Source: a virus
Taxonomy: Duplodnaviria; Caudoviricetes
IMG/VR virus record: IMGVR_UViG_3300020261_000002
Span: 1-59,809 of that record
Strand: one strand, 5' to 3'
Length of the DNA: 59,809 bases
A program made the translations under genes and the position numbers. Shown in pieces: positions 40,015-49,051 of the stretch. The notes under the pieces were generated by a model. The model ran no database searches, was not told the origin of the DNA, and worked only from the letters and a program-made list of their open reading frames with translations. Positions within the stretch are counted from its first letter, which is position 1. Each line of letters begins with the position of its first letter.

Positions 40015-40785
40015 ATTTTAAATTGACTAATCTCTTCAATAACTAATAAGTCTATGGTTCAAATTCCAAAATTATAAGTGATGATGCACATCTACTTTGA
40101 TAATCAGCATTAGTATCACCTTGAGATCTATTTAAATAAACATTTTGTGTTGCATTATCTTTTGCTCCTAGCTTAACTCCATAAGTTGTTGCACTTGTTG
40201 CTGGATTACTATTTATAAAATTAAAACTCATATTGGACATTTGACCTGATGAATTTATAAATGCTTCAGTTGTAGATCTAGTTCTACTACTAGCAGTATC
40301 TCCCGTAACGGAATTAACAGTAGAACCACCTATATCAAATCTCATTCGTACTGACTGACCATGTTGATAACCAATTGTTAAATTTGTCATTATAAGTAAT
40401 TTATTACTCGTACTCGCTGCTGTATAACTAAGCTCTATACAATTAGCACTAAATGCACCTTGTCCTACAGATGCAGAAAATGTATCTGTTTTAACTACTG
40501 ATCCATATCCTACAAGTTTACCTCCGCCTGCTGCTGCAAACGCTCCATCTCCTCTTAAAAATGTAGAGCTTGAGGCTGTGCCACTAGTTGATAATTTGGC
40601 AATTGTAATAGCTGAGTCTGCTACAGAAGCCGTTACAACTGCATTACTTGCTAACTTAGCTGCAGTCACTGCATCGTCGGCAAGGTCAGCTGTTAAAATA
40701 CTTCCATCTACTGCATCTACTAATTGAGCTTTAGTTTGTGACATCTACTATTTCTCTTTTTATATAGTTATTTTAAATTGACTAA
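40015..40785 (-). promoter_or_regulatory. two identical 16-bp putative late promoters (40015-40030 and 40770-40785)
   Basis: TTAGTCAATTTAAAAT upstream of two adjacent fibre genes. Confidence 0.5.
40052..40744 (-). CDS. short tail fibre/tip protein
   Basis: VTAAKLA repeats, FLRGDG, C-terminal beta-sandwich shared with the 55-57 kb genes. Confidence 0.75.
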   Translation of the reverse strand: MSQTKAQLVDAVDGSILTADLADDAVTAAKLASNAVVTASVADSAITIAKLSTSGTASSSTFLRGDGAFAAAGGGKLVGYGSVVKTDTFSASVGQGAFSANCIELSYTAASTSNKLLIMTNLTIGYQHGQSVRMRFDIGGSTVNSVTGDTASSRTRSTTEAFINSSGQMSNMSFNFINSNPATSATTYGVKLGAKDNATQNVYLNRSQGDTNADYQSRCASSLIILEFEP

Positions 40786-40788
40786 ACT

Positions 40789-41139
40789 CTAAGCAATAAA
40801 TCCTTGTAGCATCTTCTTTGCTTTAGCTAATGGAATATCTTTATCCTCTGGTCTAAGTTCTTTTATCTCTTTACCACTTGGATCTACTGGTCCCTTATGT
40901 TCTTTAGGATCATGTGAACCTGGATCTGTATATCTTGGTATGCCATCAAACTCAAAACTAGGAGAATGACTGCCATGTGCTACTAATGGTCCTCCTAATT
41001 GCTGAGAATATCCCATTCTATTTGTAAATTCTGGTACATTGTCTCCTTTCTGGGAATACATCTTACTCCCTTTTACATATTGCTGTAAGAACCCTATTGG
41101 TTGATTACCCATTACTGCTGGAAAGTCGTTGTCTCCCAT
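40789..41139 (-). CDS. low-complexity hypothetical protein (FLxxY motif)
   Basis: 116 aa ORF. Confidence 0.65.
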   Translation of the reverse strand: MGDNDFPAVMGNQPIGFLQQYVKGSKMYSQKGDNVPEFTNRMGYSQQLGGPLVAHGSHSPSFEFDGIPRYTDPGSHDPKEHKGPVDPSGKEIKELRPEDKDIPLAKAKKMLQGFIA

Positions 41140-41151
41140 TTTAATTCACCC

Positions 41152-41313
41152 TCATTTGAAATAACTTCTATCTCTTGGTAGTTCGAATTGCTTTATACCC
41201 TCTAAAAAAGCATCTACTTTAAGTTTTACTGGCATTGGCTCATCTGGTTCATCTGGCTCCAATGGTCCACTGTAGGGAACAACTGGTGGCATAGATGGTC
41301 TATATCTGGACAT
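41152..41313 (-). CDS. 53 aa Pro-rich protein
   Basis: Own translation MSRYRPSMPP...KVDAFLEGIKQF; fills the operon gap. Confidence 0.55.
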   Translation of the reverse strand: MSRYRPSMPPVVPYSGPLEPDEPDEPMPVKLKVDAFLEGIKQFELPRDRSYFK

Positions 41314-41315
41314 CT

Positions 41316-41633
41316 TTATTTACCAATGTATTTCATTAAAAAAGATCTACCTGGCTCTTGTGAAGCTGCATTCATGGGATTTGTTTTCTCTGCTGCTTTC
41401 TCATTGGCTTCAAAGTATGGACTGCTTACCATGTTTGCCTGATTCATGGTCGCATCCTGTCTTAATTTAGGTGCAGCCATAAGATCACCTGGGTCAAAAC
41501 CTCCCATGTTAGGTATACCTTGAGCCATATTCTCTCTAAATTCCATAGCAGCTCTGGTTCTTTCAGCAACTCGCTGACGTTCCCTTTCTTTAGCTATTTC
41601 TTCTAACGGATTTATTCCAGGTTGGAGAGACAT
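41316..41633 (-). CDS. low-complexity hypothetical protein (FLxxY motif)
   Basis: 105 aa ORF. Confidence 0.65.
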   Translation of the reverse strand: MSLQPGINPLEEIAKERERQRVAERTRAAMEFRENMAQGIPNMGGFDPGDLMAAPKLRQDATMNQANMVSSPYFEANEKAAEKTNPMNAASQEPGRSFLMKYIGK

Positions 41634-41693
41634 TTCTGTACTATTTTTCTTCTAAATACTTGTCTATATCTTATCAGCAACAAATTTGTAGGT

Positions 41694-41886
41694 TCAGGGA
41701 GAAGACAACTTGTTTTTTATAGTACAACCCCTTATACTTTGTGTAGAGGCAACTGTGTGTTCTCCCTTAAACAGCACCCTGAAGTAGAAATTATGGGTTA
41801 AGGGAGCTGCGTCAGGGAGAAGCCGTAGTTAGTTCTAAGAGAATATATAGAGGTATATATTATTTAATACTAGTTGCGTTCTCCCT
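41694..41886. repeat. two tandem AGGGAGAA-N56/57-TTCTCCCT units
   Basis: tcagggagaag at 41694 and 41812; gttctccct at 41759 and 41878. Confidence 0.7.
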
Positions 41887-41927
41887 CATCCCACACATAA
41901 AATAGAGGTACTCTTCAAAAAATTTTT

Positions 41928-42443
41928 ATGGAGCAACATATAGACCAGGTTCGAAAGATATTCAAAAAGAGTGGCTTCAATGATAAAGACATATACAGAC
42001 TGGCTTCTGTATTGAGCAGACTGGAAGCGGAAGTAGGTTCTTCCAAGTGCTGGAATGTAGGAGATGTACAAGTTCTTGATAAAGCTTTTACAACTTCTCA
42101 TGCTTATCATCCCTGCTACAAAGGTAAAAATGTTAACCCCTTAGTGTTAGCAATCTATAACATCTTTCCTGATGAAGAAAATGGTGAGGTCATGCTGATA
42201 AGAAAATCTATCTGCAAAAATTATCATTGTATGAATCCAAGACATCTCTTTTATGGAGATCATATTGATCTAAAAATAGAGAAATGGAAGAGGAAAGGGG
42301 TTAATATTGATAAAAATAAGTACACACAAGTCTTATGGATGTACAAAAATAACTCTAAATCTATGTCATATAGGAAAATAGCAAACGAGTTTGACCTTAA
42401 TTACAACGTGGTACGTTCTATCTGTAACTATGAAAGAAATTGA
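41928..42443 (+). CDS. His-Me finger (HNH-like) protein with C-terminal HTH
   Basis: CW...CKNYHCMNPRHL; SYRKIANEFDLNYNVVRSI. Confidence 0.7.
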   Translation: MEQHIDQVRKIFKKSGFNDKDIYRLASVLSRLEAEVGSSKCWNVGDVQVLDKAFTTSHAYHPCYKGKNVNPLVLAIYNIFPDEENGEVMLIRKSICKNYHCMNPRHLFYGDHIDLKIEKWKRKGVNIDKNKYTQVLWMYKNNSKSMSYRKIANEFDLNYNVVRSICNYERN

Positions 42444-43035
42444 TTCCAATCTTCCTAACGAGATTCTTAAATCTGTTAGAGATATAGAAATAGAAAAGTT
42501 TATTGAGGAGGAGGGAGATGCCTTACGATCTCAACTCTGTCTCTGGCATATAGAAAACAAGAAAGGACATCATGGTAACTTCGGTTCTGCCTATCAATGT
42601 ATGGATTGTATGAAAGAGATAGAAAAAGGTAGATGTGAAGTAGATATAGAGAACTTTGACATTGATATGTTCTATTACTTTCGTAGCTTCTGGCAGAAAG
42701 TTGATATCAAAGGAGAAGATGAATGCTGGCCTTGGCTTGGAGCTATTCGTAAAGACAAATACCAGACTGTTGCCTATATAAATAGTCCTTTTCATAAGGC
42801 AAAAACTCACTCAGCAGCTCGTGTAGCCTTCTGGTTATCCCGTGGGTACACAGGAACATTAAGGATTACTCATAAAGAAGGATGTGACTACACTTGTTGC
42901 AACCCCTTGCATTTACGAATTATGGGGGTAAAGTTAGAAAACCCTAAGAAGATAGGGGAAATCAACTTACAACTTAGAAAAGGAAAAACTATTTATGACC
43001 ACGCAAGAAACAATCGAGAAAAAAATAGTCTCTAA
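42430..43035 (+). CDS. His-Me finger (HNH-like) endonuclease
   Basis: FWQKVD...ECWPWLG...H..GCDYTCCNPLHL. Confidence 0.75.
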   Translation: MKEIDSNLPNEILKSVRDIEIEKFIEEEGDALRSQLCLWHIENKKGHHGNFGSAYQCMDCMKEIEKGRCEVDIENFDIDMFYYFRSFWQKVDIKGEDECWPWLGAIRKDKYQTVAYINSPFHKAKTHSAARVAFWLSRGYTGTLRITHKEGCDYTCCNPLHLRIMGVKLENPKKIGEINLQLRKGKTIYDHARNNREKNSL

Positions 43036-43336
43036 ACATTCTGATGTAGTTCCATCTTCCTGGCATATAATTCCTTACCCCAGTTGGTATGGGTATGTGT
43101 CTGTAGATGGAGAGATGACATTTACAAAAACCTATAAGAGTAAAAAAAGAGCTATCACTGCTCTTCAAAAACTAAAAGAAAAACTTGATTATGACTCAAT
43201 AAAGACTATGCAGTGTGAAGGTTGTTATCCTGAACGTGCTAAAATTATGGAAGAATTATATATAAAAGATGGTAGAAAATCCAAAGATCATCCGATGTAT
43301 GGATTCTTTACTGGATTAAAAGAAGAGGATGTCTAG
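42995..43336 (+). CDS. hypothetical protein
   Basis: MEELY..DGR..KDHPM.G.FTGL motif seen in cyanophage proteins. Confidence 0.65.
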   Translation: MTTQETIEKKIVSKHSDVVPSSWHIIPYPSWYGYVSVDGEMTFTKTYKSKKRAITALQKLKEKLDYDSIKTMQCEGCYPERAKIMEELYIKDGRKSKDHPMYGFFTGLKEEDV

Positions 43337-44003
43337 ATTTTTATCAACAATTCCTACCAATCATGGATTTGTAAATCTTGGATTAGTTGAAACTTATCCA
43401 ACAGGAGGTAGTGGACCAGTTGCATTTGGTCCTACCTCTTATTTTGGATCTGATCCTAGACCACCTGAGCTAGGTGATAACCTTAATAATCCGATTGACA
43501 TAGGTAATTTTGATCCTTTATTCAGTTCTCAAACCATAGCAGGAACTCATGGAGGATTAACTCGTAGACAATCAACATTCTACAAATTCACTTTGAATGT
43601 ACCAAGATCAATTCAGGTTACACAGAATTTCAGCACCACTGCATATACAAGACAGACAAACAGAAATACATTAATAGCTTTTTACAAAATAGAAGAAGCA
43701 AATTTTAGAAAAGAATTACCTGTTAATGATGATGGTTACTTAATTAACGAAGCTAGTGTTGATGTAGAAGAATATGATTTACTGCAGAGAGATTATCCAA
43801 CACAACTACTACTGCCAGGTGATTATCTATTTGTAATAACAAACGATATCAGATATCAGGATACTGAATTCTCTATAACTTTATCTGGATTCTCAATTGA
43901 TTGGCGATTTATAAACGAACCAGCAGGAGAACAAGCTAATTTTGGAGCAGTAACAGCAGAAGTTTTATCAACAATTGATTTTGGATCAATAGTGACTACA
44001 TAG
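43329..44003 (+). CDS. PPC-like beta-sandwich protein
   Basis: FYKFTL...LPGDYLFVIT pattern. Confidence 0.45.
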   Translation: MSRFLSTIPTNHGFVNLGLVETYPTGGSGPVAFGPTSYFGSDPRPPELGDNLNNPIDIGNFDPLFSSQTIAGTHGGLTRRQSTFYKFTLNVPRSIQVTQNFSTTAYTRQTNRNTLIAFYKIEEANFRKELPVNDDGYLINEASVDVEEYDLLQRDYPTQLLLPGDYLFVITNDIRYQDTEFSITLSGFSIDWRFINEPAGEQANFGAVTAEVLSTIDFGSIVTT

Positions 44004-44041
44004 AATTGTACTGTTAGTCTTAAAATATATACAATTTTTCT

Positions 44042-44278
44042 ATGAAAGTCATTACTCTTGGTCAGCTTGAGAGAGATTTAGACAGAATTTTAGATGATGT
44101 TACCGATGAAAATGAACATTACTGTGTGAAAACACCAGTGATTAGTGACTTAAAAGAAAAAGGTGGACTGGTATGGGAAGACAAAGCTGTAATGATCTTA
44201 CCTATAGAAGATTATGATCTACTAAAAGAAACTTACGATATGTGGCTTGCTACTTGTAAAGAAGAAATTATGGCTTAA
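44042..44278 (+). CDS. Phd/YefM-family antitoxin-like protein (orphan)
   Basis: MKVITLGQLERDLDRILDDV...KAVMILPIEDYDLLKET. Confidence 0.7.
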   Translation: MKVITLGQLERDLDRILDDVTDENEHYCVKTPVISDLKEKGGLVWEDKAVMILPIEDYDLLKETYDMWLATCKEEIMA

Positions 44279-44531
44279 CTGAAGTCTTAGGTTGAGAAGC
44301 TTTATATGCATCTTGTTCAGCTTGTAAATATGACTTCTGACGTGCAGCCATATCTGCTGCTCCAAAACCTGCAGATGCTAAATCTTGTTTCTTCTTAACT
44401 CTTTCTGCTTTTAGATCATCTACATAATCACTAGCACGTTTAAAATCTTCTTCAGGCACAACTGACTGATAGATTACCGGAGCTGTAGGTGTAGGTCTAT
44501 AAGTTACTGGAGCAGAGGGACGTGAACCCAT
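44268..44531 (-). CDS. hypothetical protein
   Basis: 87 aa ORF. Confidence 0.6.
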   Translation of the reverse strand: MGSRPSAPVTYRPTPTAPVIYQSVVPEEDFKRASDYVDDLKAERVKKKQDLASAGFGAADMAARQKSYLQAEQDAYKASQPKTSVKP

Positions 44532-44745
44532 TTACTTTTCAAATATTATTTCTATAGTAATTTTATCAGCTAAATACTCATAACCTTTAGTAAATCCAAA
44601 AATTGTACTAGGCACAATAATAATTAGAAGTAAAAATTCAGCCCAGGTAATTCCTCTTTTCATGAAATTTATTCACCTATATAGCTGACTCTAACAAAAA
44701 TATAAAACTTTGCTACTGGTGAGATAAATATAATCACGCTAGTCT

Positions 44746-45363
44746 TTGGCCATAAGTAAGCACTGCATGGATTTTATTGATTGGATGCTGACGGAAGGTA
44801 AGGATAATCCTATAAAATTAGAGCCGGTTAGAAAATACAAAAGCTACAGGTTCAGGGATTTAGATATATCAAAAGTCACTATCAAGAATTATCAGAAGTT
44901 ATTAGTAGACTCATTAGCTGAACAAGTTGAGATGTTCATACCACCATCAGGTAGTTTTGATAATCCATCTCTCAGACGTTATCTAACTATGGTAGAAAAG
45001 CATGAGACTTCAACCAATGACATGGTTCTTGGTTTATCTTTAGCTGATCAGATAAGGATAGCTTTTAGTGATATGCAACCAGCTACCATATGTGACCGCT
45101 TTCCTGACATTGATCTCAACTCCAAACGACGTTATCGTTGTGTAGCAGAGTATCTGCTACGTCAAGAGGAACTGATTAAGGTCAGGGATAGAGAGGGTAA
45201 ATTAGTAAAGAAGATAGGAAATGCAGGTAAACCTGTTGTTCTCTATCGAGGTTTACCTAAACTACATCAGACTTTAAAAAATTCTGACTTACTCAAATAC
45301 ATTAGACATGACAGATCGAAGACAGCAACTGATAAAGAAACTACTGAAAGCAAATCCAAGTGA
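44746..45363 (+). CDS. hypothetical protein, possible winged helix
   Basis: 205 aa ORF, start uncertain. Confidence 0.65.
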   Translation: MAISKHCMDFIDWMLTEGKDNPIKLEPVRKYKSYRFRDLDISKVTIKNYQKLLVDSLAEQVEMFIPPSGSFDNPSLRRYLTMVEKHETSTNDMVLGLSLADQIRIAFSDMQPATICDRFPDIDLNSKRRYRCVAEYLLRQEELIKVRDREGKLVKKIGNAGKPVVLYRGLPKLHQTLKNSDLLKYIRHDRSKTATDKETTESKSK

Positions 45364-45706
45364 AAACGAGGAAAAGATGGCAACTCTCATAATTGAGAGA
45401 ATCCTTGCAGATATGGCAGACTTCTATGAAAAGTTCTTTGCTACAACAGGACCTGGAGTAATAGTTTATGCTCCTGATAATAAGGAAAATAGTATGTATT
45501 ATATGAACACAAAGGAGTTAATAACAGGCTTAGAAGACTTATCTAGCCGAGGTATAGATGGTGCTGCAGATGTAATGCGAAAAGCAATTGCCAAAGCTGA
45601 ATCGATAGATCCAGAAAGAGAAGCTTTATTTATTATCGAAGATAAAAAAGGATTAAAGCTATTTCATTTCAAGAGAGAAGAAATGATTAAGCTGGATAAA
45701 GATTAG
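45308..45706 (+). CDS. hypothetical protein, weak CcmS-like pattern
   Basis: 132 aa ORF; see findings. Confidence 0.6.
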   Translation: MTDRRQQLIKKLLKANPSENEEKMATLIIERILADMADFYEKFFATTGPGVIVYAPDNKENSMYYMNTKELITGLEDLSSRGIDGAADVMRKAIAKAESIDPEREALFIIEDKKGLKLFHFKREEMIKLDKD

Positions 45707-45969
45707 TTCTTTCTGTCAGTTCCGTATATAAATTGATTTAAAAATTTCTTTGTATCTTTCTGTCTTTGAGAGTCACCTCTTTTATCAAAGTCTGTAGCTC
45801 CCATAGTTACATTATCTATAAAACCACCAACTACACCAGCTGCACCTCTTTCCTTAGCTGTTTGCATATTCACAGGTGCTCCATACGAATAATCCATCAT
45901 ATTCTGAGCTACGTTCTTAGGTTTATATTGATCAGGTAAAAATTGATTAGCTAATCCAGGTACTAACAT
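45703..45969 (-). CDS. hypothetical protein (FLxxF motif)
   Basis: 88 aa ORF. Confidence 0.6.
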   Translation of the reverse strand: MLVPGLANQFLPDQYKPKNVAQNMMDYSYGAPVNMQTAKERGAAGVVGGFIDNVTMGATDFDKRGDSQRQKDTKKFLNQFIYGTDRKN

Positions 45970-46011
45970 TTCTCTCTTGTTTAAATATTGTTTATATTAT
46001 AACTTGACTGT

Positions 46012-46638
46012 ATGAAGAAGAGTTATGAAACCTTTCGTAGGAACTTCGAGAATGCAAAAAGAATATGGAACCTAGAAGAGGACTGGATAACTCCTGTCGA
46101 ATATTTACCTTACATTGATGCTTTACTTGGAGATATAGATCTAGATCCCTGTAGCACAGAGAAAGCAAATAAAGATTTTATACATGCTAAAAATTTTTAT
46201 ACCAAGAAAGAAGATGGTTTAAATACAGAGATAGCATGGACTGGTAAGGTATATTGTTTCCCTCCCACCTACGGACGCTGCTCATACAGCAAGAAACGAG
46301 GCTCATGGCGGTGGAGTCTGCGTGGGGGTGCAGGAGCCATGAGTCCTTCTATCGCCTGGTTCAGACGCTTAGAGAAGGAGTGGAAGCTACGTAACATCTA
46401 TGAAGCCTTATTCTTCTCCTGTAATCATGAAATGATGCGAGCATATCCTGACATGTGGGATTATCCAATTTGTATTCCTACCAATAGAGCAAATCTGATA
46501 AAAGGTAATGATTACTATAGATTTGATAATCCTTTTACATGGGGGTTCTTTATCTATCTGCCACCTCCCAGTCTGTCGGTAGAACCTGCAGAAAGATTCA
46601 GAGATATATTTTCAAATATTGGAAAGATAATTAACTGA
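46012..46638 (+). CDS. phage DNA N6-adenine methyltransferase-like protein with altered catalytic motif
   Basis: DWITP, DLDPCS, EDGL..W; NPPY position reads FPPTY. Confidence 0.75.
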   Translation: MKKSYETFRRNFENAKRIWNLEEDWITPVEYLPYIDALLGDIDLDPCSTEKANKDFIHAKNFYTKKEDGLNTEIAWTGKVYCFPPTYGRCSYSKKRGSWRWSLRGGAGAMSPSIAWFRRLEKEWKLRNIYEALFFSCNHEMMRAYPDMWDYPICIPTNRANLIKGNDYYRFDNPFTWGFFIYLPPPSLSVEPAERFRDIFSNIGKIIN

Positions 46639-46825
46639 GTTTCATCATCATCTTATCTTGCAACTCATGCACATGGTCTATAGCTTCTGCATAGCCAGTG
46701 CAAAATTTACAGTTACCTAAGAAGCAGGCAAGATAGCGATCAAAAGAATGCTTACCACCTGGAATTGAATACTTGTGGACTGTTCCACCATGTTCAGTTG
46801 AAGATATTAGTTCTGGTAAAGGCAT
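46631..46825 (-). CDS. hypothetical protein
   Basis: 64 aa ORF. Confidence 0.6.
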   Translation of the reverse strand: MPLPELISSTEHGGTVHKYSIPGGKHSFDRYLACFLGNCKFCTGYAEAIDHVHELQDKMMMKLS

Positions 46826-46827
46826 AA

Positions 46828-47112
46828 TTAAGATTGAGATGCTCTAAATGCGTTTTTAAATGTAGTCCTAGAATCGGTATTACTTAACTGAGATCCTAAG
46901 CCAAGTGCTCCTATTGAAACAGTTCCTCCCTGAGCAGGCAAGATAAATTTATCATCACTTCTTCTAGAGTCACCTACAAAATCAGTACCAAGTCTTTTGT
47001 CTCTTGCTATAAATTCTTGAAGAAATTGTTTACCAGATTCATTATCAGCAACACCTTTTGCTTCCCTATATCTATTATCTACGTCGTAGAGTTGTGAGAG
47101 TTTTTGAGCCAT
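46828..47112 (-). CDS. hypothetical protein (FLxxF motif)
   Basis: 94 aa ORF. Confidence 0.65.
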   Translation of the reverse strand: MAQKLSQLYDVDNRYREAKGVADNESGKQFLQEFIARDKRLGTDFVGDSRRSDDKFILPAQGGTVSIGALGLGSQLSNTDSRTTFKNAFRASQS

Positions 47113-47140
47113 GATAGTATTTTACTAAAACCAACTGCAA

Positions 47141-47464
47141 ATGAGTTCTGGTAATGTGAATCTTTTAGTTCCTGATGATGAGAGAGGTCGGACGGAATCT
47201 CTAATCGCTGCGATTTGTAACGATATTCGAGATCTTCTATTAGCAAAGAATCGTGCTTATGGGAATTCTGCATTAAAACCTATTAGAATATTTAGTAAAG
47301 CTGATGCCAGAGAACAACTTCTAGTCAGAATTGACGATAAGTTGAATAGGATTAAGCAAGGGAATGATAGTTTAGAAAGTGATGAGGATGTGATCACAGA
47401 CTTAATCGGATATTTAGTATTACTTAAAGTTTGGCAACATGAGAATGGAGGATCTGGACCTTGA
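47141..47464 (+). CDS. DUF1599/Nmad1-like all-alpha nucleotide pyrophosphohydrolase-fold protein
   Basis: KNRAYG, RIDDKLNRI, DLIGY motifs. Confidence 0.75.
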   Translation: MSSGNVNLLVPDDERGRTESLIAAICNDIRDLLLAKNRAYGNSALKPIRIFSKADAREQLLVRIDDKLNRIKQGNDSLESDEDVITDLIGYLVLLKVWQHENGGSGP

Positions 47465-47535
47465 TTATGATGAGTTTATGAAAGGTTACCCTGTTGAATT
47501 AGAATTAATGGATCTTTTAGATTGGATAAAAAACT

Positions 47536-48243
47536 CTAAATGTTTTTCGGAGATCCCAAACCTCCGGGTTCTTGATTCCAGTAACGGAAAAATCGACGTA
47601 AGACTTCCCCTGAAGGATCAAGTTCTTGAATCTTTTTTTCTAGATAATTAATACCTTTGATTTGGTTTACGTTACCATTATATGTTTCATGTATGTTTAG
47701 TAAACAATATTTTAATTTACATTTATGAGGTAGGAAGGTAGGTACTTCTTTGTCTGGTGCCATGAATAAATTAAGTTCAGATCTACGTTGATCAATTACT
47801 AAATCAGACTTATTTAACCAGGCTTTATTAATAAAAGGAGACCACTCTCTAATCAATTTTTTCTTGTGACAGCCTGAGTTAATAAGTTCTAACAGCTGAG
47901 AATTTTTAAACGGAACAAATCCATTACTAAATGCATAACTAATAACAGCTGCTTTCTTTTTTGGGTTCAATGGCCAGAATATTATCTTAGAAAGTTTATG
48001 AGATAACGTCTGTAAATCTATATTTAACTGTTCATCAACTTCTTTTTCAGTAGCACGAGTTCTATGTGTAACAACCTTCCCATGCATCTCCATACTTCCA
48101 TATCCTATTCTCCATATTGATTCTCCGTAGTCCTTATAAGAAGCAAAACGACCAGAACCCATGAGAGTTCTGGCCCGATTGTAGTGTTTTATTAATCTTA
48201 AAGAGTCTTTATTTAGATAAGAGGTATCTAATTTAAGGGACAT
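47536..48243 (-). CDS. GH24 lysozyme-like protein with degenerate catalytic residues
   Basis: LIK...W.IGYG...AVISYAFSNG...S.LL..IN...RR.E.LF. Confidence 0.75.
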   Translation of the reverse strand: MSLKLDTSYLNKDSLRLIKHYNRARTLMGSGRFASYKDYGESIWRIGYGSMEMHGKVVTHRTRATEKEVDEQLNIDLQTLSHKLSKIIFWPLNPKKKAAVISYAFSNGFVPFKNSQLLELINSGCHKKKLIREWSPFINKAWLNKSDLVIDQRRSELNLFMAPDKEVPTFLPHKCKLKYCLLNIHETYNGNVNQIKGINYLEKKIQELDPSGEVLRRFFRYWNQEPGGLGSPKNI

Positions 48244-48613
48244 CTACAGTGCCACCAAAGGACACTTCAGAATAACCATCTGTCTTCAGAATGACAAGGT
48301 AATTTTTAGCAGCATTAGTAACTGTCATGGCAACAGCACCTTTTCCTTTACCACTCTGTTCTATATCACTGAATCCTGTGTAGCCAGTTGGAGCAGATGA
48401 TGCTGCATATTCATCTTCTTGAAAGATCTCTACTGATTTAATACCAATACTTCTATCAAGCTTTACAATTATGTCTCCTGTTGACCCAGGATTAACTTGA
48501 AATCCACGGATGTTTTCACTGCGATCACAGGCATCTGTTGATCCTTTGTAGGTTATCTCAGAACCCTCATGTTCAAGAGTGTCTAGAGTACCTGAAAATG
48601 TACGAGTAGCCAT
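48233..48613 (-). CDS. beta-sandwich protein, possible virion decoration
   Basis: 126 aa, all-beta pattern. Confidence 0.5.
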   Translation of the reverse strand: MATRTFSGTLDTLEHEGSEITYKGSTDACDRSENIRGFQVNPGSTGDIIVKLDRSIGIKSVEIFQEDEYAASSAPTGYTGFSDIEQSGKGKGAVAMTVTNAAKNYLVILKTDGYSEVSFGGTVDVP

Positions 48614-48615
48614 AT

Positions 48616-48828
48616 TTATTCTGGGACTTGATTAGCGTTTAAGAAAGTAAGAGTAATCTCAGCATCGATGCCATGTTCTTTCATAATATTTATAAAAGTC
48701 TGGCGTTCTACTGCTTTATTATATAGCATTTCAACAAAAGCCTCCTCCAACTCCTCTCGATCAAATTCTTTAATCGCTATGGCAGTTGCATGGATAGCAA
48801 ACTGTTGATCTATATCTAGATCTAACAT
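48616..48828 (-). CDS. nblA: NblA-like phycobiliprotein degradation adaptor
   Basis: LDIDQQF (cf. LSLEQQF) followed by a two-helix pattern in NblA register; 70 aa. Confidence 0.6.
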   Translation of the reverse strand: MLDLDIDQQFAIHATAIAIKEFDREELEEAFVEMLYNKAVERQTFINIMKEHGIDAEITLTFLNANQVPE

Positions 48829-49051
48829 GATGTTTAATCATTATTCACTATCCTAACAGCAGAAACTATGGATGCCATACCTGTCAGTCTTCATAAACTT
48901 TATTTTTTCTGGAAGAAACTATATCACTCTTCTTCAATCCCTGATTTAGCATGTAAGAACTACTGGCATTTATTGAATAAAAGATGATAATAAAGGTAAA
49001 GACAAAAGGTTCCACTCGAACATCCTTGAAGTTATTAACATTCTAGACTCT

